A stretch of 64,000 nucleotides of DNA from Octopus sinensis (Eukaryota). Positions 1-11,784 of this stretch are shown here, piece by piece. The stretch covers positions 64,294,001 to 64,358,000 of the forward strand of contig NC_042999.1 of NCBI RefSeq assembly GCF_006345805.1, read 5' to 3'. The translations under genes and the position numbers were made by a program. Below the pieces are notes generated by a model, which searched no databases, had not been told where the DNA came from, and worked only from the letters and a program-made list of their open reading frames with translations. The stretch's first letter is position 1. Every line of letters starts with the position of its first letter.

Positions 1-524
1 CATGACATTATGTATTAGAATATGTGAGTGTGAGTGTAAGACTAAAGAGTTCCCTCAACTGAGTGGGAGTATGGTAGAAAGGAAGGGCAGCCTTATGCTA
101 GCATTGCTCAGGCTGAAAAGTAGATAGAAATGGCCCTGAACTGTTCCTAGTGAAAGCAAGCTCTATAACGCTGTTGCATTTCTCTTGAAAAGTTACCTTT
201 TATGCAAGAAATACACGTACAACAATCTGGGATCTAATCCACTATGCTACTGATAGGTGCTCAATAGCAGTTCTATGTTTAGTAATTTAAATTTGTCAAT
301 GATAAATATCTACTTCAAGAATATTACATAGAGTTAATTCAAGCATATTAAACAAAATTAATTAAATGTGAATGGAATTTTATTTAATCGGAAGTTATTA
401 TAAAACATAATATATTAACTTTTATTCTTGAAATTCTATATGAAAAAGTATACTTTACAAGAAAGTATTAAGAAAATATTCAACAAAAAGTATTGGGAGT
501 TCAATAAAAATCATGTTTGTTTGG

Positions 525-562
<38 letters not shown>

Positions 563-799
563 TACCAAACAAACATGATTTTTATTGAACTCCTAATACT
601 TTTTGTTGAAAACTGTCTTTAACATTTTCTTATTATTATCAAAGAATGTATATATGTATTTTAATACTTTTGTGACAACCAGTACTTAACACAACAAACC
701 TTATACAAAGCTTTACATTTTACTTTTGACAATATTTTTCTAAAAAAGTGAAACCAGTCAAGTGAATAAATATCTTTAAAATTGCATATTCAAACCTTT

Positions 800-843
<44 letters not shown>

Positions 844-1032
844 GCTTATCATCGGCCATTCTAAATTTCCATTGACCGATGATAAGCATCATCTTGTGTT
901 TTGAAACTTTAAGTACCATCGAATTTGTATCAAACTGTGTTGATCCATACATGTAGCTCCCAATAAATGTGTTGAGTGCCCTTCTTTCATTTGTCTACTC
1001 ACTCACACATATATATATATATATATATCTAT

Positions 1033-1210
1033 CATCATCATCATCATCATCATCGTTTAACGTCCGTTCTCCATGCTAGCATGGGTTGGACGGTTCGACC
1101 GGGGATCTGGGAAGCCAGAAGGCTGCACCAGGCTCCGGTCTTATCTGGCAATGTTTCTACAGCTGGATGCCCTTCCTAACGCCAACCACTCCATGAGTGT
1201 AGTGGGTGCT
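1033..1210 (-). mobile_element. RTE LINE 3'UTR fragment
   Basis: (cat)n-cgtttaacgtcc..ctacagctggatgcccttcctaacgccaaccac. Confidence 0.8.
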
Positions 1211-1290
1211 ATATATATATATATATATGAAATATATGTATGTGTGTGTTTCGATATATATGTTTATATATTCTGTGACAGATAGCTCAC

Positions 1291-1390
1291 CTTTTCAGCA
1301 GGTGGTTCCAGTTCTTCTGCAGGCAGTGGTGGTGGTTCAAGGTAGCAACTGGTTGGTTGTCTCATCACATGAGTGTGATAGCATAATAAC
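1291..1390 (-). CDS. MED12: MED12 exon (last in window, 100 nt)
   Basis: LLCYHTHVMRQPTSCYLEPPPLPAEELEPPAEK; cctcag / gtgagc; gene continues left of the window. Confidence 0.94.
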
Positions 1391-1587
1391 CTGAGGGAGA
1401 TAAAATTGAAATAATATCAATACACATATAAGCAAAACAATCATTTTTTTTTTACTCACCTCCAGCCTAAACAATAACAATACTTTAATATCCTCTTTGA
1501 TGAAAGCCAAAGCACAAAACATTAGATTATATTTTTTTTCCAGCATCTGAATTTTTTCAACTCTTATTGACAGAAGCCATCACCAGT

Positions 1588-1626
<39 letters not shown>

Positions 1627-2299
1627 GCTGAAAGAGCATCCAGTTGTAAAAATCATGGCAAAACTAATCTCACCAGAGCTAGTGGCAGATAAAAAGCAAT
1701 GAGTCCACTTTGCAGAGAAGTTGGTGTTAAGAAGGGCATCCAGCCATAAAAACCCTGCCAAAATGGACACGATAACCTAGCTAGTTCTTGTCAACCATTC
1801 TACTTATGCATGTATGGAAGACAGGCGTTAAATGATGATGATGAATGTATGTATGTATGTGTATAGCATAAAAGACACTACATTTGTTTATAATCCTAAT
1901 TTAACTTCTTGCATAAATTAATTAAAATAAGCGCCTAAGATAGACAGGCAAAGGAGTTAAGGGATGGATGAATGGTTAGAGAGACAGACAGACAGACAGA
2001 GAGAGAGAATCTAAAACTGCAAGGTTTCCTGAGGAACAAGAATGGTAGAATAGTGAGACAGGACTTCAGCACCCTTTACAAAAGCCCTGCCAGGTGGTCT
2101 TTGTGTGGTTTTAGTAGAACACAACCTTGAGATGAAGATTTCCCAACAACCCAAGAAGCAGGATTTCTTCAGACCTTTTGCTCTCATAAGTCCCTAGGAT
2201 CTGCAAAGACACCATACCTTCCTCTACTGCTTAAACCAAAGAAACAAACGGTAATTTTTTTTCTAATAATCTTGGTGATTATAAAAATAATTTTCATAC

Positions 2300-2439
2300 C
2301 TATATTGGTCATCATATTTGAGCATCTTCTTCTCCATCTTGACAGCACCAAAATATGTCCAAGACAATGGAGCTGGATTTTTGGTTCCCTCAATTATCTC
2401 CCAAGGAGTTATCTTCACTTTTGAGGCAACTTGTAAACC
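2300..2439 (-). CDS. MED12: MED12 exon (140 nt)
   Basis: GLQVASKVKITPWEIIEGTKNPAPLSWTYFGAVKMEKKMLKYDDQY; tgacag / gtatga. Confidence 0.95.
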
Positions 2440-2859
2440 CTGTCAACAAATTCAGGTATTAATACATTTTAATACATCTTTAAAATGATTCTGCCTTATT
2501 TTTTCAGTTAAATGCTCTATCTCAATGAATTTCATTTGGCACAAGCAAACTGGATGTTGTGATGAGACACACACACACACAAACACACAGAAGAAAAAAC
2601 ACTTTGAAACAAAAATGGCTTAACTAAAACATAGTTTCTCCGGCATTCATATACAGTTTGGTTAAAATTGAAATTTTGTATATGCACTCTACTCTTTAGA
2701 GTAGAGTAGCAAAAGTATATGCATATGTGTACATAAATGTATGTATGTATGTGTGCGTGTGTGTGTAATCTCTCTGGTGGTTTTAGATCACACAATGTTG
2801 AGCATATTTCAGTCTTTTTTTAAGGCATGAGAGTCTTTCACCTTTGCATTCATTATCTC

Positions 2860-3360
2860 AAAATTAATGGAAGCAGTTATAAACAACTATTTCTTATATC
2901 ATCTTCAATCCTCTCCCTTCTCAATAATCATCAATACATTTTCCTGAGTCCTATCTTTTATAAATCTGCCTTAATTACTTCATTTGCCCATAAGATCTTC
3001 AACAAAAATCCATATTAATGCTAGTGACATCAACAAAGCTTTTGACTGTGTCTGGCACAACAACCTCCTAAGTTGCCTACCTATGTGTGCCATATGCCTG
3101 TAATTTAGTTCCAACTTTTTTAACATAACAGCGTATATAGTCAAGGCTCTTAGTCAACTCTAACTCAGAATTCAGTTATGACTCCTACACTCTTCCTACT
3201 CTTAGCTAATGACGACTTACTTCTAACATCACTGATTCCTTAACTTTCTGCAAACAAGTGTCAACCATATATAACCTAGACACTGTATAACTTATCAGAC
3301 ATGCACTACTTCCTTAAAAGCCTACCAGAAAAATATCCTCCAAATGGAACCTATGATAAC
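2860..3360 (+). mobile_element. Highly decayed LINE reverse-transcriptase remnant (CR1/Jockey-like)
   Basis: DINKAFDCVWHNNLL at about 3025 and QNSVMTPTLFLLLAND at about 3165 resemble RT motifs D..KAFD.V.H and PQGS.L.P.LF. Confidence 0.6.
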
Positions 3361-3403
3361 AATGATCATGATACCATATAATATAAAACAATAAAAGAAT
3401 TAC

Positions 3404-3565
3404 CTGTTTCCTGCCAATAGAATCAAAACCTGCAATTTTATAACCTTTTGTGTCTACCAGTGTACCATGGGGCTCACACGTGATCACTTCATACAGTTTC
3501 TTAGGTAATGGCAGGAGCTGTCGGACTTTGTCAATACAAGTGTTATTTTTATCTCCTAGTTCTCG
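3404..3565 (-). CDS. MED12: MED12 exon (162 nt)
   Basis: [54 protein letters not shown]; ctttag / gtaatt. Confidence 0.95.
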
Positions 3566-3688
3566 CTAAAGGAACAAATAAAAAAAGAAAGATGGAAATA
3601 TAAATTTGAAAAAGGTATTTAAGGTTAAGGTCTCCAGTTAACAAAAATAATTAAAAATCGAAACAAAAATAAAAGAAACATGTAAGTA

Positions 3689-4103
<415 letters not shown>

Positions 4104-4327
4104 TAATATTTGAAGCATTGTTCTTTCAAAGGTAATTGTATCTTCATTCATTTAACATTTGTTTTGCTAAGCTAGATCAGTGCCCTGCAACTGAACCCGG
4201 AACCATGTGGTTTGTAGGCAAGCTACTTACCACACAGCCACTCCTGCGCCTATAACGTTACTCACTATTTCAATGTTGACAGAATAATTACCTAAACATA
4301 ACAGAATACAGAAAAAGTAGGCACATA

Positions 4328-4545
4328 CGAGGTAGTGCTGAAAAGTTCCTGGTTTTGGGTAACAAAAAAATACAGGAGGATCAGTCAATACTGCTTCTAT
4401 TGAACATATTCCCCTCTCAGATGCATACACATATTGCAGTGGCCTTTCAGTTTTTGTAAACTCAGTAAAAGAACTCAGACGATTGAGCCTCCAGCCAGGC
4501 CTTTCTCAATACCCTTAGAGCCAGGAACTTTTCAGCACCCCTTCA
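4328..4545. mobile_element. Tc1/mariner-type MITE
   Basis: TIR core gtgctgaaaagttcctgg / ccaggaacttttcagcac, TA flanks. Confidence 0.75.
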
Positions 4546-4581
4546 TATATATTTAATTAGCTGAATTAATTCTTTCCTTAC

Positions 4582-4705
4582 CTTTAATTTTTTAATAAGA
4601 TTCTGGTATGTTCTCTTATTGTCGTCTCCTTTCTCATTAGAATCTCCCAATAATGTACCATGGATCAACACATTCAACATGTCTATCACTGTTGTGAACA
4701 GTTCA
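4582..4705 (-). CDS. MED12: MED12 exon (124 nt)
   Basis: [41 protein letters not shown]; cttcag / gtaagg. Confidence 0.95.
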
Positions 4706-4989
4706 CTGAAGGAATTTTAGAAAATACTCAGGTAAATGGTGGCATATATATAAAGGTATGTGGGGGTAGAGGTAGCAGGTTGTGTAGTAAAGGTGACAGT
4801 AGTAATGACAGCAAGTTGTGTAGTGATAGTGGAAAGTTGTAGGTAGTGTAATGGTGTTGTTAATAGTAGCAGTAAGTTGTATAGTGGTGGTGGTGGTTGT
4901 GGAGGTGGTGATACTGGTGGTAATGGTGGAGGTAGCAGGTTGTGTAGTGAAGGGAGCAGACCTGAGGGTATAGATGATAGTCTGAGTGA

Positions 4990-5221
4990 AGGAGGCGAGC
5001 TGGCAGACACAATAGCACGCCGGGCGAAATGCTTAGTGGTATTTCGTCTGTTGTTGTGTTCTGAGTTCAAATTCCGTTGAGGTCGACTTTGCCTTTCATC
5101 CTTTCGGGGTCGATAAATTAAGTACCAGTTACGCACTGGGGTCGATGTAATCGACTTAATCCGTTTGTCTGTCCTTGTTTGTCCCCTCTATGTTTAGCCC
5201 GTTGTGGGTAATAAAGAAACA
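4990..5221 (+). mobile_element. tRNA-derived SINE family C (central domain resembling Meta/MESC SINEs), full length
   Basis: B box gagttcaaattcc; ctttgcctttcatcctttcggggtcgataaattaagtaccag; 14-bp TSD gatagtctgagtga (4976-4989, 5222-5235). Confidence 0.85.
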
Positions 5222-5334
5222 GATAGTCTGAGTGATGATATAGTGGAAAAGCCAAACTGAAATATGGATGACACCTGATCTGTGGCAGCACCTTGTTCTG
5301 GCCTGGATATTCCTGCATACAACTCTGCAGCCAT

Positions 5335-6090
5335 TGGAAGCAGTCGTGTAGTTGGAAAGCAGTTATGTGGTTGGAGGCTATTGTGTGGTTGAAGGCTACT
5401 GAGTGGTTAGAAAGCAGTTGTGTGGTTCTAGGCTATTGTGTGGTTAGAAAGCAGTTGTGTGGTTGGAGGCAATCATGGGGACAGAAGCAGTTATGTAGAC
5501 AGAAGAAGTTATATTATTGGAGAAAAATGTGTGGCTCGAGGCATTTGTGTGCTTGAAAGCAGTTGTGTGGTTAGAAGGTAGTTGTGTTACAAGAGGCAGG
5601 TGTGTGGCTGTTGTATGGTTCGAAGGCTGTTGTGTCATTAGAAAGCTGTTATATGATTTGAAAGCAATTGTGATTGTTACCAGCGTCGCCTTACTGGCAC
5701 CTGTGCTGGTGGCATGTGTAAAAAGATTCGAGCGAGGTCATTGCCAGTACCGCCTGACTGGCCCCCGTGCCGGTGGCATGTAAAAAGCACCCACTACACT
5801 CTCGGAGTGGTTGGCGTTAGGAAGGGCATCCAGCTGTAGAAACTCTGCCAGATCAAGATTGGAGCCTGGTGCAGCCATCTGGTTCGCCAGCCCTCAGTCA
5901 AAATCGTCCAACCCATGCTAGCATGGAAAGCGGATGTTAAACGATGATGATAATGATGATGTGTGGTTAGAAAGCATAGTGGTAGAGACAGTTGTGTGAT
6001 TGGAAGCAGTTGTGTAGCTGAAGGCTGTTGTGAACTGGAATTAGTGTATGTGGTGAGAAGACTGTTGTGTAGTGAAAGCGGTTTGTGATT
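5335..6090. repeat. 18-19-bp minisatellite (gaaagcagttgtgtggtt), interrupted by an RTE fragment
   Basis: More than 20 degenerate units on both sides of 5670-5960. Confidence 0.75.
5670..5960 (+). mobile_element. RTE LINE 3'UTR fragment inserted in a minisatellite
   Basis: Same 3'UTR, (gat)n tail. Confidence 0.82.
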
Positions 6091-6203
6091 ACATATAGCA
6101 AAGTGGAATAAGGACACATGACAAAGGGTAACAATATATAACAGAGATCAAAGCAATGAGACATCAGAAACATTAGCACAAGGGGCTAATGTTAATAACT
6201 TAC

Positions 6204-6313
6204 TAGTTAGTCTGCATATCAACCACACCATGACTGATTAACTGTACAAGTAAAACTGCCCAGTCACTGGTTGTGGCATTGTTTCTCTGGATTGTATCAA
6301 ACATACCACCAAC
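6204..6313 (-). CDS. MED12: MED12 exon (110 nt)
   Basis: VGGMFDTIQRNNATTSDWAVLLVQLISHGVVDMQTN; ttttag / gtaagt. Confidence 0.95.
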
Positions 6314-6477
6314 CTAAAAACAAAAAAAAAATCAGTTTAACAAAGTAATTAAAAAGAGGTTATTATGAAAACAGTAAACATCTACATTTTATGAGGGGAT
6401 TTGGTAGATAGAAACTGTAAAAAAAAAGCATTCTATGTAAATGTGTGTGTGTCCGTTATTGTCTTCTTATGTTGACT

Positions 6478-6880
6478 TACAGACAGCAATTCTACATGGT
6501 AGTGAGGCATGGGCCCTGAATACAGAGGATATGCGAAGGCTTGAGAGGAATGAGGCTGGTATGCTCTGCTGGATGTGTAATGTAAGTATGCATGTTCGAC
6601 AGAGTACTAGTATATTGAGAGAGAAGTTGGGCATAAGAAGTATTAGATGCAGTGTGCAAGAGAGAAGACTGCACTGGTTTGGTCATGTGATGTAGATAGA
6701 TGCCAATAGTTCCATAAAGAAGTGCTGATCTCTGAAAGTAGATGGAACACGTGGAAGTGGGAGACCCAGGAAGACATGGGATGGAGTCATAAAGGATGAC
6801 CTCAGGATGTCAAACCTTTCAGATGAGATGACGAAGGGCTGAGATGCCTGGTGCCTAGCGGTACTCAAAAAGACTCATAT
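6478..6880 (+). mobile_element. RTE LINE ORF C-terminal fragment (decayed)
   Basis: QTAILHGSEAWAL..RRLERNEAGMLCWMCNV..LREKLGIRSIRCSVQERRLHWFGHVM*..GSGRPRKTWDGVIKDDL with stops. Confidence 0.85.
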
Positions 6881-7485
6881 TTCACATCTGGTGAAATAGA
6901 GTGCTATACTCAGGCACAAACAGCAATGGTGTGAAATTACAGTCTCTGATTGTAAAATACTCAGCCACTGACAGTATAGTACAATGTATAGCAAGTACTG
7001 CTGGTCAAGCAACTAAAATAGTCAGCCAACTACAGCATAATTCAATGAGTGAACAGGTCTGTTGATCAAACCACATCTTATAGTATGGGTTAATGTATAA
7101 GCTATCATATGCATACATAACAGCACAAATGTGAAAAATAATCTCCTACTGCCTTGTAGGGTAATTTATTGAGCATTTTAAAAAACACTGAGGGAGGGAT
7201 CTTAAAGCAGATATATATGGCTATTCTTAACCAATATCTATCATCCCTTGCAGCTCCATGGATGCTGTTAATGTATTGACTTGTTTTTGCTTGGCAACAG
7301 GAGTGGAGAGGAGATAAGTGTACTTGGAGCGAGGTACAAGCTTTTGGAAACAGCCAAGGTAGCAGAGGTGGTTAAGCCACTGTCTCTGCAATACTATCAA
7401 CCAACAAAGAAAAAGGCCAACAAAGGTGTGGAACAACTGAAGTAGAAATATACACCATAAGAAGAAAATAATAGAAATAACTTAC

Positions 7486-7554
7486 TAGACTGAGACGTAA
7501 TTGTAATGCTTCGTTGAGATTCTGTCGAATTTTAGTTTCATCAGGGCTTCGATC
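7486..7554 (-). CDS. MED12: MED12 exon (69 nt)
   Basis: DRSPDETKIRQNLNEALQLRLSL; ttccag / gtaagt. Confidence 0.93.
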
Positions 7555-8895
7555 CTGGAAGAAAATTTTGAATATTGAAATAAATTACATAAAAAGAAAA
7601 CTATTTCATCTTACATTGAAACTGGTGTCTGCAAAAGTAGAACCCATCATCATTTGAATACCCACTTTTCCATGCTCATATGAGTTGGACAGAATTTGTT
7701 GCAGTGGATTTTCTACGACTGGATGCCTTACCTGTCACCAACCCTTTACCAGTTTCCAAGCAAAGTAACATTTCCCCATGCCCAAATATATTTTCACAGA
7801 AGATTGAAAAGGAAGGATACCATTTGCATAATAGTGACAATTATTTTACAACTATCACAAGATTTTTTTCCCCAGTTTCTGTCTACCAATTCCATTCACA
7901 AGGTTTTGGTTGTTCTGAGGCCATAGCAAAAGACACTTGCTCAGGGTACGTACCATGCAGTGGGTTGAATCCAGAGCAATGTGGTTGGAAGCAAGCTTCT
8001 TATCATACAGTCAAGCCCACACCTAATTACAAATATGAATGATGATGGTTCATCAACAGATTTTTTTTTTTACAAGAGGTAAGAATTGGAAAACTACCAG
8101 TAGTACAATACATATGACACAATTTTTAAACTGCTAAGAAATGGTATATAATTGATTTACAGATGGAGTTCTAATTTACAGCAGAAATGTTAAAAGATTA
8201 AAAAATATATACTGACCTAAATAATAATGCAAAAGAGGTGTTCATTATAAAACAACTAAACTATAGTTGGTTTTATACATGTAATGGAAACACATATATG
8301 CAAAGCTGTTGCTGATACTTTTTAAACCTAAAATAGCCCTGATTAAACTGACTTATGATCAAAGACATTCCAGATCACAAAAGAGTTCCAGCTCAGACAA
8401 ACACCTAATCAAATGAATTCCAACACTGACCATCGGGTCTTAAGACCCTCATGGTTATATATATAAAATGTCTATACTGATATTACTTTTTCAGTCATTT
8501 ATTACCTTCAGGTGTCTTATTCCTGGATATATACATAAGCACAGATTGCATTCAAACCAAGAATATTTGTCTTTAAACTAAGAGTAGTAATGATTTTATC
8601 AATTAAATCACACATGGAAGCACAGTTTAGAAAAACTGCTTCCTGGTTCAAATCCAATCTGATACCAAGTAATATGTAGAATTAAGAAAGCTGATAAGAA
8701 TCAATGGAAACACATGGCTTAGTGGTTAGCATTTTGGACTCCTAATTGTAAGACTGTGGTTTTGATTTTTGGAATGGGTGGTGCAATGTGTTCTTAACCA
8801 AAACACTTCATTTCATGTTGCTCCAGTCCAGTCACCTGGCAAAAATGAGTATTCCAGTGAAGGACTGGTGTCCCATCCAGGAGAAAATATATATA

Positions 8896-9080
8896 TGCCG
8901 GTGGCACGTAAAAAGCATCCACTACACTCTCAGAGCGGTTGGCATTAGGAAGGGCATCAAGCTGTAGAAACTCTGCCAGATCAAGATTGGAGCCTGGTGC
9001 AGCCATCTGGTTCGCCAGCCCTCAGTCAAAATCGTCCAACCCATGCTAGCATGGAAAGCGGATGTTAAACGATGATGATG
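8896..9080 (+). mobile_element. RTE LINE 3'UTR fragment nested in a decayed tRNA-SINE (about 8704-9120)
   Basis: Same 3'UTR; flanks resemble the 62027-62333 SINE. Confidence 0.78.
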
Positions 9081-9257
9081 AGAAACTGGAAAACCAGCCC
9101 TATGAATCTCTATAACTTGGGAGGAAGGAGAAATAAGGATTGGGAATTAAACTTAACAAAATGTAAAGCAGATACAGACACTGCAAATCAACAAATTATA
9201 ACCATAATAATGTATCAATCTTAGAAAAAGTGAGATTATAAAACAGAAAATACATAC

Positions 9258-9396
9258 CAATACTTCTTTCACATTGCTGATAAATTTTTCCAGTTGAAAA
9301 TGGAGTGAGGATAAGAGACATTCACGTTGCTCATCCTGGCCTTTCAGACATGTAAGGATCAGGGAGAGAAATGGTTGATGACCAAGCAAGGATTTA
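9258..9396 (-). CDS. MED12: MED12 exon (139 nt; alternative in-frame donor would start at 9264)
   Basis: [46 protein letters not shown]; caacag / gtatgt. Confidence 0.92.
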
Positions 9397-9740
9397 CTGT
9401 TGAAAAGGGGAAAATAGAAAATTGATTCAGCATATATATATATATATATATAAGGTTAATTGGTAGGCAACCCTATTAACCGAACAGCAATACTCGTTAA
9501 TGAAGCCAACATAAAGTCATTTATTTTTTAAGTGTGTGTGTGTATGGTGAATTCTTAAATATACACCAGATGTGATGCAGATTGTATGGTAAAAATATTT
9601 TAAAGTTTAATATTGTGTGTATGTGCATCTATCTATCTATCTATCTATATAAGGAGAGTTTACGAAAAAATCAAAAGACAAAGACAGGTGGTGTACAAAA
9701 CAAACAGATGTATTAGTACAATGCTCAGGAATAGAAAAGT

Positions 9741-9776
9741 CTTTTATGTTTCGAGCCTACGCTCTTCTACAGAAAG
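9741..9776 (-). ncRNA. Decayed or variant minimal hammerhead motif
   Basis: CTTT-CTGTAGA-A-GAGC-GTAG-GCTC-GAAAC-ATA-AAAG. Confidence 0.55.
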
Positions 9777-9828
9777 GGACACAGAAAAAACAAGGAGAGA
9801 AAAAAATGTGTGTAGTGGCTAACGATCT

Positions 9829-9865
<37 letters not shown>

Positions 9866-10205
9866 CATTTAATGGCATAAAAGACACTGACACATTAGAC
9901 AAACCAAGTACATATTCAGGAAAAAGTTTTTAGTGCATTAAAGCATGTAATGTTTAGCTGGAGGCCCAACTTCACATATAGAAGCTGGTGTGAATTTTAT
10001 GAGACACATTTTTGAGAAAAACGTGCATCTCATATGCCACCAAATATGGTGTGTGTGTGTGTGTATATATATATATACATACACACATGCACACACACAC
10101 AGACAGACAAACAGAAGACAGATTTTATGGTGAAAATGTTATAAAAAGGATATAAATAAATTTCTAAGCACAAAGCAGAACATAAAGACTTTAAAATAAA
10201 CTTAC

Positions 10206-10367
10206 TTTCTTTGGTTTTTCTCTTTGTCATATTTTGTCTTCGATAGAAAGTTACTACTGCTTTCAAGAACTTGGCCAGCCAGCTTAAGTAAGCGCCCTTG
10301 GACAGTCGATGGCAATTTCGATATAAGTGGTGCAACAAGCCAGACACTATCTTTCTCAGACTCAGGC
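10206..10367 (-). CDS. MED12: MED12 exon (162 nt)
   Basis: PESEKDSVWLVAPLISKLPSTVQGRLLKLAGQVLESSSNFLSKTKYDKEKNQR; ttatag / gtaagt. Confidence 0.95.
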
Positions 10368-10807
10368 CTATAAAGTAAAAATAACATGTTACAATATTTG
10401 TTGCCTATTTTTTTTGTTTTGTAGTATGTGTTGAGAGTGCAAGTAGCTGACTGGGTTGGATACGAGACAACAGGCTGGAAAGTTTAATAATTTATATCAT
10501 ATCACATCTATATCAAGACAAAATTTTACCTTTAGTGTAACACGAACAACACAAACTAACATGATATTTATATACAAAATCTTCAGGAGTTCCAAAATTA
10601 GTAAGAGAAGGGACAGAGCTTATGGCTAGGGCAGGCTCCACAAATTAGTGCAGTGAGATCCATATGATTCATGGTCAATTTGAACTTCTGTAAGTTAATG
10701 CATGTAGAAAAAATATGGGTAGGGTAGATTTTCCAGAGTGATGTAGGAGGGAGAGAGAGAGTGAGTGAGTGACAGAGAAGGAGTAATTTGTAGTATAATG
10801 CTAGAGA

Positions 10808-11080
10808 GTAGGCACAGGAGTGGCTTACCAACCACATGGTTCTGGGTTCAGTCCCACTGCGTGGCACCTTGGGCAAGTATCTTCTACTATAGCTTCGGGC
10901 TGACGAAAGCCTTGTGAGTGGATTTGGTAGACGAAAATTGAAACACAGACACACAAATATATACACACACACCAGTTTCCGTCTACAAAATCCACTCACA
11001 AGGTGCCACACAGTGGGACTGAACCCGGAACCATGTGGTTGGTAAGCAAGCTAGTTACCACACAGCCACTCCTACGCCTA
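10808..11080. mobile_element. Inverted pair of SINE-B 5' halves
   Basis: + copy 10808-10945, - copy 10973-11080. Confidence 0.8.
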
Positions 11081-11184
11081 TGTTAAAGTTATAAAGTTTA
11101 TTTATAAATTAATCAATTGTCATAAACCGGGGCGGCGGGGGGGGGGACACAGGAAAGGCAGATTCATAGGTAAAGGGAACTTAC

Positions 11185-11324
11185 TTGGCATTTTGTAGCT
11201 GCTGCTGCTGTTGTTGTGTCGGTAGTTGTTGCCGTGGAGAATTTGGATTGGAGAGAAACTCAGTTTGTTGATGAAACAAATCTAATGTGCCCTTAGCAAT
11301 ACAATCCAGGATAGCATTAGTTTC
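11185..11324 (-). CDS. MED12: MED12 exon (140 nt, with short polyQ)
   Basis: ETNAILDCIAKGTLDLFHQQTEFLSNPNSPRQQLPTQQQQQQLQNA; tgctag / gtaagt. Confidence 0.93.
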
Positions 11325-11366
11325 CTAGCAATGGAAAGTAAATAATAATGAAAAAAAAAAAAAAAA

Positions 11367-11729
11367 GGCATTGGAGGTACGATGCATATCCTGCTCGCAC
11401 ACAGGGATAAAATAGATTTTAAATTAATAAATATATTCTCAGATGAATTCACATTTCAATAAAATTACATCAAGAGTTATTTCCCCTGCTTATCGTTTAG
11501 TCGTATGTAACAATGTAACAAAGAAAAAACATTTTCATTCACACGTCCGCCAGGTCTGCAGATAGTCAAACCAAAATTTAACGAGTTCGAGCCACCCACC
11601 CATTGAGTATTTCTCCCTAATTTGGTGAAAATCCGTCCAGCCGTTTTCCAGTAATTTTGCAAATGCAGACAAACAGACAAAGGCGAGCGACTGCAATAAC
11701 CCTGCTTCACTTATGCGCACAGGGTTAAT
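11367..11729 (-). mobile_element. DINE-1/HINE-like (Helentron-derived) non-autonomous element
   Basis: 5' taaccctg..cagggtta hairpin, gtctgtttgtctg microsatellite, ggacggattttcaccaaatt core, ends in a T run. Confidence 0.6.
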
Positions 11730-11784
11730 GAATAATACATACAGAAACTAGCACAAGGAAACAATCATATTAACTAGGGTATTT

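Noticed and set aside
1-300. Possible further MED12 exon near the ttac donor-like site at about 193
   Set aside because: The frame in phase with the previous exon hits TAA and shows no MED12 similarity
4717-5136. 139-aa proline-rich ORF
   Set aside because: Composed of a SINE-C antisense read plus GGT-rich low-complexity sequence; no splice or homology support
7280-7444. Plus-strand acceptor followed by SGEEISVLGARYKLLETAKVAEVVKPLSLQYY.., a possible nested antisense gene exon
   Set aside because: No partner exons found; with frameshifts it reads GVERR/DKCTWSEVQ/LLETAKVAEVVK, more like an old RTE C-terminal remnant
11128-11146. G-rich run (also 53424-53437, 62156-62168) as G-quadruplex regulators
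   Set aside because: Short homopolymer-like runs on the non-transcribed sense; no supporting context
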